A stretch of DNA of 54,380 nucleotides from positions 1 to 54,380 of the forward strand of contig CAZASZ010000005.1 of NCBI GenBank assembly GCA_964487925.1, read 5' to 3'. The notes under the pieces are model-generated. The model was not told the DNA's origin and ran no database searches. It was given only the letters and a program-made list of their open reading frames with translations. A program made the position numbers and the translations under genes. This DNA is from an uncultured Gammaproteobacteria bacterium (GTDB taxonomy: Bacteria; Pseudomonadota; Gammaproteobacteria; SZUA-140). How positions within the stretch are numbered: position 1 is the first letter of the stretch; each line of letters opens with the position of its first letter. Below, in pieces: positions 30,617 through 38,210 of the stretch.

Positions 30617-31735
30617 ATGACTGTGAGTGGACGTTTTATTGGTCAGGGCCGTCTCGTCCATGATCGCAGTCCTCGGTTGGGGGTCGTGCTGGTCAATCTG
30701 GGCACGCCTGATGCCCCCACCCCGAAGGCGTTACGTCGCTATTTGGCTGAATTCCTGTCCGACCCTCGGGTCGTTGAGATCCCGCCACTGCTGTGGCGGA
30801 TTATCCTTCACGGCATCATCCTGCGGGTGCGTCCTAAGAAGTCGGCGCGTGCCTACGCCGCAGTCTGGGGCGAGCACGGGTCGCCGCTTATGGCATCTTC
30901 AAAGGCCTTGACTGATGCCGTACGCGCACGGCTAGCCAATCGTATCCCTGGCCGGATCAGCGTGGCGCTGGCGATGCGTTATGGTCAGCCATCTATAGCA
31001 GATGTCCTTCGCCGATTGCAGGCCGATGGCGCTGAGCGTCTGCTGGTCCTACCGCTCTATCCCCAATACTCAGGTGCGACGACGGGTTCAGTGGCGGATG
31101 CCGTATTCAAGGAATTGCAAGGCTGGCGCTGGACGCCTGAACTGCGGATGTTGGGGACTTATCACGATGACCCGAGCTATATCCGAGCGATCGCCGACAG
31201 CATCTCTGCGTTTTGGGCGGAGCACGGTCGTAGCGAGCGTCTCTTGATCTCGTTTCACGGTATGCCCCGGGCCACATTGGAGGCTGGAGATCCCTATTTC
31301 TGCCAGTGTCACAAGACAGCTCGATTGATTGCCGAACACCTTAAGGTTTCAGATGATGATTGGGAAATGGCCTTTCAATCCCGTTTTGGAGCTGCGGAGT
31401 GGTTGCAGCCTTATGTCGCTGAACGCTTGGAGCGTTTACCCGGTGAGGGGGTCAAGCATCTCAGTGTGGTCTGTCCCGGGTTCGCTTGCGATTGTCTGGA
31501 GACTTTGGAAGAGATCGCCATTCAGGGTAAGCAGTCTTTTCTGCAGGCTGGTGGAGAGCGTCTAGACTATATCCCAGCGCTCAATGCCGATGACCGCCAT
31601 GTCACGCTCCAGGTCGAACGAATTCTGCGACACGGGGCGGGATGGCCTGAATTGGATGTGGAGGCGAGCGCGGCACTTGTCAGTGATCGCGAGCAGACTT
31701 CCGAGCGTGCCGCGACAGAGCGTACAGAGGCCTAA
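30617..31735 (+). CDS. hemH: Ferrochelatase
   Basis: 372 aa. GVVLVNLGTPDAPTPKALRRYLAEFLSDPRVVE, LPLYPQYS and the C-terminal SFHG...FQSRFG...WL.P motifs. Confidence 0.94.
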   Translation: MTVSGRFIGQGRLVHDRSPRLGVVLVNLGTPDAPTPKALRRYLAEFLSDPRVVEIPPLLWRIILHGIILRVRPKKSARAYAAVWGEHGSPLMASSKALTDAVRARLANRIPGRISVALAMRYGQPSIADVLRRLQADGAERLLVLPLYPQYSGATTGSVADAVFKELQGWRWTPELRMLGTYHDDPSYIRAIADSISAFWAEHGRSERLLISFHGMPRATLEAGDPYFCQCHKTARLIAEHLKVSDDDWEMAFQSRFGAAEWLQPYVAERLERLPGEGVKHLSVVCPGFACDCLETLEEIAIQGKQSFLQAGGERLDYIPALNADDRHVTLQVERILRHGAGWPELDVEASAALVSDREQTSERAATERTEA

Positions 31736-31774
31736 AATTAAACGCCCCGCCGACATTTTCCGCCGGCAGGGCGT
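31733..31774 (-). terminator. Rho-independent terminator of the moaACDE operon
   Basis: The arms 31742-31752 and 31764-31774 pair 10 of 11 bp, GC-rich, with an 11-nt loop. On the minus strand the hairpin is followed by UUAAUUUUA. It lies 27 nt past the moaE stop. Confidence 0.55.
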
Positions 31775-31800
31775 CGAAGAGCGACCAAAGTCAGCCTAAA

Positions 31801-32277
31801 TCAGGCAGACTTCTTTAGCCCCTTGCGGGCAGCGGCGCCTGGGTCTTCAGAGTTGTGCTCCACCCAGTGCTTTTCCCCGGCTGTCGTGACTTCGCACTTC
31901 CAGAACGGGGCGCTGTCCTTCAGGTAGTTGATGATATACCGGCAGGCATCAAAACCGTCCTTGCGATGTGCTGACCAGACCGCAACGAGCACGATAGGAT
32001 CGGTTGGGATCATCTTGCCGACGCGGTGGACGACTAGGGTGTCCATGACATCCCACTCATCGGTAGCCTCCTGGCAGACGCGCTCGATATGGTGCTCTGT
32101 CATGCCGGGATAATAGTCAAGATCCATCGCGCTAACGTCCTGACCATCGTTGAAATCACGCATGGTGCCGACAAAACTGACGACACCGCCATGCTTCCCG
32201 GCCGGTAAGGCCGTATTTTCGAAGTCAAGGATCTCCTTATAGGGATCCAGAGCGTCTTTGGTGATGAATACTTTCAT
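31801..32277 (-). CDS. moaE: Molybdopterin synthase catalytic subunit MoaE
   Basis: MoaE fold motifs (GGVVSFVGTMRDFNDG..., VAVWSAHRKDGFDACRYIINYLKDSAPFWK). The likely start is ATG 32277 (MKVFITK), 1 nt after the moaD stop (TGATATG). The track start 32322 would overlap moaD. Confidence 0.9.
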   Translation of the reverse strand: MKVFITKDALDPYKEILDFENTALPAGKHGGVVSFVGTMRDFNDGQDVSAMDLDYYPGMTEHHIERVCQEATDEWDVMDTLVVHRVGKMIPTDPIVLVAVWSAHRKDGFDACRYIINYLKDSAPFWKCEVTTAGEKHWVEHNSEDPGAAARKGLKKSA

Positions 32278-32278
32278 A

Positions 32279-32512
32279 TCAACCTCCCGTAACCGGTGGG
32301 AAGAAGGCGACTTCGTCGCCATTCTTCAATTCTTGGCTGCTGTCGGTGTACTCCATATTGACGGCGACCAGGATTGAATCAGGCATCGGGTCCGATGAAA
32401 CCTTGCTCCAGAGATCCGCAACCGTGGCGGTGTCCTGGTCAATGCTGACGGCCTCGTCACCCTTGCCCATACGGTCACGAAGACTCGCAAAATACCTTAC
32501 CTTAATATCCAT
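32279..32512 (-). CDS. moaD: Molybdopterin synthase sulfur-carrier subunit MoaD (77 aa, C-terminal GG)
   Basis: MDIKVRYFASLRDRMG...ELKNGDEVAFFPPVTGG is a ubiquitin-like beta-grasp carrier ending in Gly-Gly. The 40 extra N-terminal codons of the track ORF overlap moaC and were discarded. Confidence 0.88.
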   Translation of the reverse strand: MDIKVRYFASLRDRMGKGDEAVSIDQDTATVADLWSKVSSDPMPDSILVAVNMEYTDSSQELKNGDEVAFFPPVTGG

Positions 32513-32532
32513 AATCTCAATTACCTCTATGA

Positions 32533-33024
32533 CTATGTGCTTGCGCCACGGACCCAGCTGCCGGACTTGCCGCCGCATTTGGAGAGTAGGCCCACTTCGG
32601 AGATGACCATGCCGCGATCCACGGCTTTGCACATGTCATAGATGGTCAGCAGGGCAACCTGTACCGCGCACAGGGTCTCCATCTCAACGCCGGTCTGGCC
32701 GTTGCAACGTACGGTGGCCTTACAGTAAACAGCGTTATTCTCGGGTTCAGGTGTCAGCACCAGATCGACCGAGGTGATCATGATCGGGTGACAGAGCGGA
32801 ACAAGGTCAGGGGTCTTCTTGCTTCCCATGATCCCGGCAGTACGCGCAATACCAAGGACGTCTCCCTTTTTATGGCCGCCCTCGATAATCTTCTGCAGGG
32901 TCTCGGCTTCCATGTAGATGCGGCCTTCAGCCACACCCTCACGAGTCGTGATGTCCTTCTCACCAACGTCGACCATGTAGGCCTCACCGCTGGCGTTGAA
33001 ATGTGTGAGTTCGTTATAGCTCAT
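32533..33024 (-). CDS. moaC: Cyclic pyranopterin monophosphate synthase MoaC
   Basis: 163 aa. [49 protein letters not shown] and YDMCKAVDR motifs. Confidence 0.94.
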   Translation of the reverse strand: MSYNELTHFNASGEAYMVDVGEKDITTREGVAEGRIYMEAETLQKIIEGGHKKGDVLGIARTAGIMGSKKTPDLVPLCHPIMITSVDLVLTPEPENNAVYCKATVRCNGQTGVEMETLCAVQVALLTIYDMCKAVDRGMVISEVGLLSKCGGKSGSWVRGAST

Positions 33025-33090
33025 TTTAGGGTCATTCTCACAGTTGGTTTATGAATGGTTGTTGGTCTTCCGGGCAATCCGCCTTACCGA

Positions 33091-34197
33091 CTAGCCGCCG
33101 ATCTGCGTCATGCTAGCACGCGAGCGGTTGATATCCGAGACATTGATCTTGGCAGCAATGCTTGCGGCCTTCTTTGCCTCGAAACCGTCTTTGTATTTCT
33201 CATCGAAGGCCTGCCGGAACAGGGCAACGATGTCATCATCGCTGGCGCCTTTCCTCATGAGATCCTTGAGGTAATAGGGTTGCTCGGAATAGAGGCAGTT
33301 CATGATGTTGCCATCGGCCGTGACTCGGATGCGTGAGCAGTTGCCACAGAGGCTGCGCGTAAAGGCTGGAATGACAGCGATTTTGCCTGCATAACCAGGT
33401 GCTTGGTAGATGTGGTGTTCGGTACGTGTTCCAGAGGCAGTGTTGATGCCCGGATACTGGCGCTCGATCTGACCGCAGAGGTCGGCGGCGCTTGCGAAGT
33501 GCTGCCCGCTCTCCCAGATTTGGTGGGCGTCGAAGGGCATGAACTCGATAAAACGAACCGTGATGGGCTTGTCCTTGGTGAGTTCGCAGAATGAGATCAG
33601 TTCGTCTTCGTTGAAGCCACGCATCAGGACCACATTGATTTTGACTCGAGGAAAGCCGAGTTCGACGGCGAGATCGATGCTTTCGAGAACTTTGTCGAGC
33701 CCCCCGCGACGAGTGATTTCCTCGAACTTCTCCTCTTCCAAGGAATCGAGGCTGATATTGACACCGTGCAGGCCGGCCTCTCTAAGGGCCTTGGCGTACT
33801 TGGGGAACAACAACCCGTTCGTCGTTAGATGGGCGGCCTTGACGCCCGGGGTGGCGACAGTGCGGGCGACGATATCGACAATATCCGGGCGCACCAGGGG
33901 TTCACCGCCCGTGAAGCGGACCTTTCTGACGCCCATGCGGGCCAGCAATTCGACAGTGCGCATGATCTCATCCGTGCGCAGGACCATGTCTTTTTCCTTG
34001 AACTGAACGCCTTCTTCCGGCATGCAGTAGGTGCAGCGTAGGTTGCACTGCTCAATGACAGCGATACGGACGTAATCGAAGGTGCGGCCGTGACGGTCCG
34101 TAAGCGGTGGAAGAGGATTTGTTACAGGCACGCCAGCGGGCATCGCGTCGTTGGCGGCTTGAAGGTTACTGCTGGAATCAAGTGACTTGTTGAGCAT
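33091..34197 (-). CDS. moaA: GTP 3',8-cyclase MoaA (radical SAM)
   Basis: Radical-SAM CNLRCTYCMPE, the auxiliary cluster CGNCSRIRVTADG and the C-terminal GG tail. The preferred start is ATG 34197, preceded by AAGGAGA. The track start 34269 adds 24 unlikely residues. Confidence 0.93.
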   Translation of the reverse strand: MLNKSLDSSSNLQAANDAMPAGVPVTNPLPPLTDRHGRTFDYVRIAVIEQCNLRCTYCMPEEGVQFKEKDMVLRTDEIMRTVELLARMGVRKVRFTGGEPLVRPDIVDIVARTVATPGVKAAHLTTNGLLFPKYAKALREAGLHGVNISLDSLEEEKFEEITRRGGLDKVLESIDLAVELGFPRVKINVVLMRGFNEDELISFCELTKDKPITVRFIEFMPFDAHQIWESGQHFASAADLCGQIERQYPGINTASGTRTEHHIYQAPGYAGKIAVIPAFTRSLCGNCSRIRVTADGNIMNCLYSEQPYYLKDLMRKGASDDDIVALFRQAFDEKYKDGFEAKKAASIAAKINVSDINRSRASMTQIGG

Positions 34198-34565
34198 CGT
34201 CCTGTCTCCTTGAGGGCTTGATGGCTTTACGTATTTGCTATAGCGAGCATATTGCCTGCCAGCATTCATCTAGCGGAACGGTGTCCAGACATTTCCTGTG
34301 TCGACCCGAACCGGTCATCAGCACCTCGGTCGACGAAGGACCAACAGCCCCCGTTACCACCCACATTTGGCAGGCGATCCGATGTGCAGATTCAGTTGTC
34401 GGCCAATGCCCCTGTTACTTGAGCTGGCTGACATCGTCCTTGATGGATGCATGCCCTTGCGAAGAGTATCCGAGCGTTGATTGAGCCCCATAATGGCAGC
34501 TGGTCTGGTCCTGTATCCTGCGGAGATACTGTGAGTTAGGCATCGACCCGTCAACGTAACAGCGA

Positions 34566-34594
34566 ATTTTACCAAATCAAGCGATTCTTGACAA
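34566..34594 (-). promoter_or_regulatory. Candidate sigma70 promoter driving a ~360-nt moaA leader
   Basis: On the minus strand: TTGTCA (34594-34589), a 17-nt spacer, then TAAAAT (34571-34566). Pattern match only. Confidence 0.4.
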
Positions 34595-34882
34595 TCTTCG
34601 TCACCTGAATTGATGCAAGTGGACCATGGCACCGTACGGTCATTTGGTCCGAAGCATAGCAGGCGTCATTTCCCATAAGGAGGTCTAGCGACCCTATGTA
34701 GGATATGGCAGTGACTCACATTATCAGGTTCCGATACCCGGTTTCTTACGAGCGCCTTAATCTTTGGCGCCGCAAACCGACCGTATACAGGACACTTGTC
34801 GTGGGTTAAGGGCTTGCCGATTCATGGAAAAGATGGACAATAGGCGCCTGGCGTTTCCAAACATAACAGCGGGGTATAATAA

Positions 34883-35821
34883 ATGACGACATCTAGCCAG
34901 CCTCATACAGGGCTCTGGAAACGTGGGCCAGCTTTGCCAGTAGCTCGTTCGCATTGTCCAACCGCCTGTTATGGCGGAAAGATATACGGCTTCGGTGGCG
35001 GCGGTCCTAACTTCAAGAGCCAAAACTCCGTCATCATTTATGACCCTGCAACGGATGAGTGGACTAACGGTTGCCCTATGCCCTCCTACCGCTCCGGGGC
35101 GATCGCTACCACGGTTGGGGACCATATTTACATCATCGGCGGTGGTTTCAAACAACCCGATGACACATTCCGTTTCCTGAGGACCACCGAGATCTATCAT
35201 CCCGCAACCGATTCGTGGGCGACCGGACCGGATATGATCATGCCGCACGATTACCCTGCTGGCCTGCTTCTGGAGGATCACATATATATCCTAGGCGGAC
35301 ATCATCCAGATGCCACTTTGTCCGGGCCTAAAACCGACCCCGGCTTTCATTTTTGTGAAAGGCTAGATCTGAGCGTCGGTCAATGGGAGGAAATTGCGCC
35401 CCTACCGACTCCCCGCTTCGCCCTTGACGCCGTAATCCTGAACGGACGTATTGTGACCATGGGTGGAGTGGCGTTTACTCCCGAGGGTTTCAATAACTTC
35501 GATCATCTCGAGTCCTTCGATCCGAATACCGGAAAGTGGTCGCGCGAGGACTTCACGTTACCCTGGACCGCCGCCGGTGCTGGCGCTTGTCAGACGGATG
35601 GCCAGACCATGTTTATCTTTGGTGGTTACAGTGGCGATGGCATCAGCGATCATGCGGCCTGTTATGACGCCCAGGCAAAGACCTGGCATATCCTGCCACC
35701 GATTCCTCAACCCCTGGCCGCAATGGGTGTCGTAAGCATCGGGCGGACCATCTACCTATTGGGCGGTTGGGCGGATGACGGTAGGACGCCCCAGGACTGT
35801 TTTTACTCCTATACCTTCTGA
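34883..35821 (+). CDS. Kelch-repeat beta-propeller protein, no signal peptide (predicted cytoplasmic)
   Basis: 312 aa with about six repeats of the Kelch pattern (hydrophobic run - GG - ... - YDP.TD.W). Examples: GGKIYGFGGGG...IYDPATDEWT; DHIYIIGGGF...IYHPATDSWA; DHIYILGGH...; GRIVTMGGV...FDPNTGKWS; MFIFGGYSG...YDAQAKTWH; RTIYLLGGWA. Confidence 0.85.
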   Translation: MTTSSQPHTGLWKRGPALPVARSHCPTACYGGKIYGFGGGGPNFKSQNSVIIYDPATDEWTNGCPMPSYRSGAIATTVGDHIYIIGGGFKQPDDTFRFLRTTEIYHPATDSWATGPDMIMPHDYPAGLLLEDHIYILGGHHPDATLSGPKTDPGFHFCERLDLSVGQWEEIAPLPTPRFALDAVILNGRIVTMGGVAFTPEGFNNFDHLESFDPNTGKWSREDFTLPWTAAGAGACQTDGQTMFIFGGYSGDGISDHAACYDAQAKTWHILPPIPQPLAAMGVVSIGRTIYLLGGWADDGRTPQDCFYSYTF

Positions 35822-35829
35822 ACGTTACG

Positions 35830-36606
35830 GTGCCCGAGCAGTTTGATGATGCACAACTGACGCGTTACAGCCGTCACTTTCTGCTAAAGGGCTTTGATGA
35901 AAAGGCGCAGGCGGCCTTACGGTCGTCCTGCGTCCTGATCGTCGGGCTTGGCGGACTTGGCGGGATAGCAGCGCTCTATTTGGCTGCCAGTGGTGTCGGC
36001 GAGCTCACTGTCTGTGATCACGATGCCGTCGATCTCTCTAACCTTCAGCGTCAGATCATCTACTCCGGGGCCGATCTGGGGGTGGCCAAGACCGGCGCTG
36101 CTCAGCGCCGGCTCCTTGACTTGAATCCGGACGTGCGCGTGGTCACGATAGACGAGCGGTTGAACGGCGATAGCCTCACCGAGGCGGTCGCGCGCGCAGA
36201 TCTGGTTATTGATGCGAGCGATAATTTCGAAACACGGTATGCTTTGAATCGGGTCTGTTTTGGAGCTGAAACACCGCTGGTCTATGGCGCTGCGATCGGC
36301 GCTGCGGGACAGGTAACCGTCTTCGGGCCGGACCGGGCCGCGGGTTGTCTTCAATGCCTGTTTGATCCCAACCAGGAAGATCCGAATGGCGACTGCCATT
36401 CGGTGGGGGTATTTGCGCCGTTGACCGGGATAGTCGGCAGTATCATGGCCGGTGAGGCCATTAAGGTGCTGACCGGTCTCGGCACGCCCTTGAGCGCGCA
36501 TTTGCTCATGGTCGATGCGTGGGACGCCAGCATGCGTCGGATCCGGCGTCACCGCGATCCCGGATGTGCGCTTTGCGGCTCGGCTGGGGAAGGAGTCACT
36601 GGCTAA
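35830..36606 (+). CDS. moeB: Molybdopterin-synthase adenylyltransferase (MoeB/ThiF E1-like)
   Basis: 258 aa, GTG start 8 nt after the Kelch stop. It aligns along its full length with E. coli MoeB: LTRYSRHFLL.GFD..AQ.AL..S.VLIVGLGGLG, DLSNLQRQ, ASDNFETRY, catalytic-Cys region, and Zn pairs CLQC / CALC. Confidence 0.88.
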   Translation: MPEQFDDAQLTRYSRHFLLKGFDEKAQAALRSSCVLIVGLGGLGGIAALYLAASGVGELTVCDHDAVDLSNLQRQIIYSGADLGVAKTGAAQRRLLDLNPDVRVVTIDERLNGDSLTEAVARADLVIDASDNFETRYALNRVCFGAETPLVYGAAIGAAGQVTVFGPDRAAGCLQCLFDPNQEDPNGDCHSVGVFAPLTGIVGSIMAGEAIKVLTGLGTPLSAHLLMVDAWDASMRRIRRHRDPGCALCGSAGEGVTG

Positions 36607-36805
36607 TATTTGATTAGACCGAGTAGGAATTCATTGGGCAGGTCTTAAGATCCATGTCTTTCCTTCCGATATGCGATATAATTACCGCCCCGAATCGTCT
36701 CTGGATTAGCGTTTTTGCGCTTTGTGGTTGCGAGATCGGTATCTCAACAGCATTCACGGGATCGCCCTTGTGGCGAGTCCCAAGCCCCCCTGGAGGTCTA
36801 TATCT

Positions 36806-37972
36806 ATGAAGGCAAAAGACCGGCGATTGGCCGAACTGCGTCACAGTATTCCGGAAGTCAGTCCTGAAGAAGCGCTTGCGATGCAGAAGGCGGGTGCGGC
36901 TCTCATTGATGTCCGGGATACCGATGAAATCGCCCAGGGCAGCCCAACAGGGGCGCACAGGCTGGGACGCAGTTACCTCGAGCTACGTGTTGAGGAGGCT
37001 GTGCCGGATACGGACCAGGATGTGATCGTGATGTGTGCCGGTGGTGTCCGTTCTCTTTTCGCTGCCGATGCCCTGAAGAATATGGGTTATACCAAGATTC
37101 ATTCGATTGCCGGAGGCTTTAGTCGCTGGAAAAACGATGGCCATCCTTTTGAGGTTCCGAAGATTCTCGATGCGGAGTCACGAGAGCGCTATGCGCGCCA
37201 TCTCTTGATGCCGGAGGTCGGCGAGGTCGGCCAATTGAAGCTCCTGGGCAGTAAGGTGCTGCTGATCGGCGCTGGTGGCTTGGGTTCACCCTCCGCCTAT
37301 TACCTGGCCGCCGCCGGGGTTGGCACGATCGGTATGGTGGACCATGATGTCGTTGATCAAAGCAATTTGCAGCGTCAGATCCTTCATACCGAAGAAACGG
37401 TCGGTATGCCTAAGGTGGAGTCTGCGCGCAAGGCCCTACTGGCACTGAATTCGCGCCTGAATTTTGTCGCGCACGAGACCCATCTCGACAGCGGCAATGT
37501 CGAAGAGATCTTTTCTGATTATGACGTGATTGTCGACGGGACCGATAACCTTGCCACTCGTTACCTGATTAATGATGCCTGTGTGAAGATGGGGCTACCC
37601 AATGTCCACGCGGCCGTTTATCGTTTCGAGGGCCAACTGACCGTATTCTGGCCAGAATACGGCGCCGTGCATGGCGGATGCTACCGTTGTATGTTCCCGA
37701 CTCCGCCGCCGCCGGAGATGGCGCCATCGTGTGCCGAAGCTGGCGTACTGGGCGTCATGCCGGGCACGCTTGGACTATTGCAGGCTGTCGAGGTCATCAA
37801 AATCCTGCTCGATATCGGCGAGCCGCTCGTCGGCCGTATGTTGCATTATGATGCCTTGGGCGCACGTTTCACTGAGCTTAAAATCAAGCCCAGGCCAACG
37901 TGTCCCTATTGTAGTGAGGGGGCTGAATTCCCTGGCTATGAGGATTATGCCCAGGTCTGTGCTTCATCCTAG
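36806..37972 (+). CDS. Rhodanese-(N-terminal)::MoeB/ThiF E1-like fusion protein
   Basis: The N-terminal ~115 aa form a rhodanese domain with the active-site loop VMCAGGVRS. Then comes a complete E1 domain (RYARHLLMPEVGEVGQ.KL..SKVLLIGAGGLGSP, DQSNLQRQ, GTDNLATRY, SCAEAGVLGVMPG, Zn pairs CYRC / CPYC). The preferred start is ATG 36806, preceded by GGAGG. Confidence 0.85.
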   Translation: MKAKDRRLAELRHSIPEVSPEEALAMQKAGAALIDVRDTDEIAQGSPTGAHRLGRSYLELRVEEAVPDTDQDVIVMCAGGVRSLFAADALKNMGYTKIHSIAGGFSRWKNDGHPFEVPKILDAESRERYARHLLMPEVGEVGQLKLLGSKVLLIGAGGLGSPSAYYLAAAGVGTIGMVDHDVVDQSNLQRQILHTEETVGMPKVESARKALLALNSRLNFVAHETHLDSGNVEEIFSDYDVIVDGTDNLATRYLINDACVKMGLPNVHAAVYRFEGQLTVFWPEYGAVHGGCYRCMFPTPPPPEMAPSCAEAGVLGVMPGTLGLLQAVEVIKILLDIGEPLVGRMLHYDALGARFTELKIKPRPTCPYCSEGAEFPGYEDYAQVCASS

Positions 37973-37994
37973 GTCTGGCTGAGTATGGTATGAG

Positions 37995-38027
37995 AAAAGG
38001 GGCGGCCTAAGTTCGCCCCTTTTTATT
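37995..38027. terminator. Rho-independent terminator after the rhodanese-E1 gene
   Basis: AAAAGGGGCG (37995-38004) pairs with CGCCCCTTTT (38014-38023) across a 9-nt loop, and a T-run follows. The A-run upstream makes it potentially bidirectional. Confidence 0.7.
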
Positions 38028-38034
38028 GAGTCAA

Positions 38035-38196
38035 ACCTGAATCCGTGACTTCAGGGCGGATGCAGAGTGCAAGATATTGGTTTCACAGTGGAATCAAAAA
38101 ATCTTAGCTTCACCCATCGGTTAAGCGCGCATTTTTTGAACCGCTGTGGGATCAAGAGTTTGTGCTAGGCGCCGTCATGAAGTCACGGATTCAGGT
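38035..38196. repeat. 162-bp element bounded by perfect 19-bp inverted repeats (MITE-like or structured RNA)
   Basis: ACCTGAATCCGTGACTTCA (38035-38053) is the exact reverse complement of TGAAGTCACGGATTCAGGT (38178-38196). An internal 8-bp helix (CACAGTGG with CCGCTGTG, one G-U) nests inside. There is no ORF. Confidence 0.6.
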
Positions 38197-38210
38197 CAAA
38201 GACATACGTC

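Noticed and set aside
32513-32632. 40-codon N-terminal extension of moaD (similar short extensions exist on moaE to 32322 and moaA to 34269)
   Set aside because: The extensions overlap upstream genes or lack homology. The internal ATGs give canonical protein lengths, and moaA has a proper SD.
34675-34704. Strong SD-like TAAGGAGGT followed by an ATG-TAG start-stop pair in the moaA/Kelch spacer
   Set aside because: The SD-to-ATG spacing of about 12 nt is too long. No conserved context could be judged, so it is probably fortuitous.
35917-36552. 211-aa minus-strand ORF
   Set aside because: It is antisense to moeB, which aligns end to end with E. coli MoeB.
34883-37972. Reading the Kelch + two-E1 cluster as a ubiquitin-like conjugation or antiphage (Bil/CBASS-type) system
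   Set aside because: There is no E2-like, JAB/DUB, effector or cyclase gene in or near the cluster. Both E1s are classical MoeB/ThiF-type with Zn CxxC pairs, and they sit next to Moco biosynthesis genes. Sulfur-carrier activation is the conservative reading.
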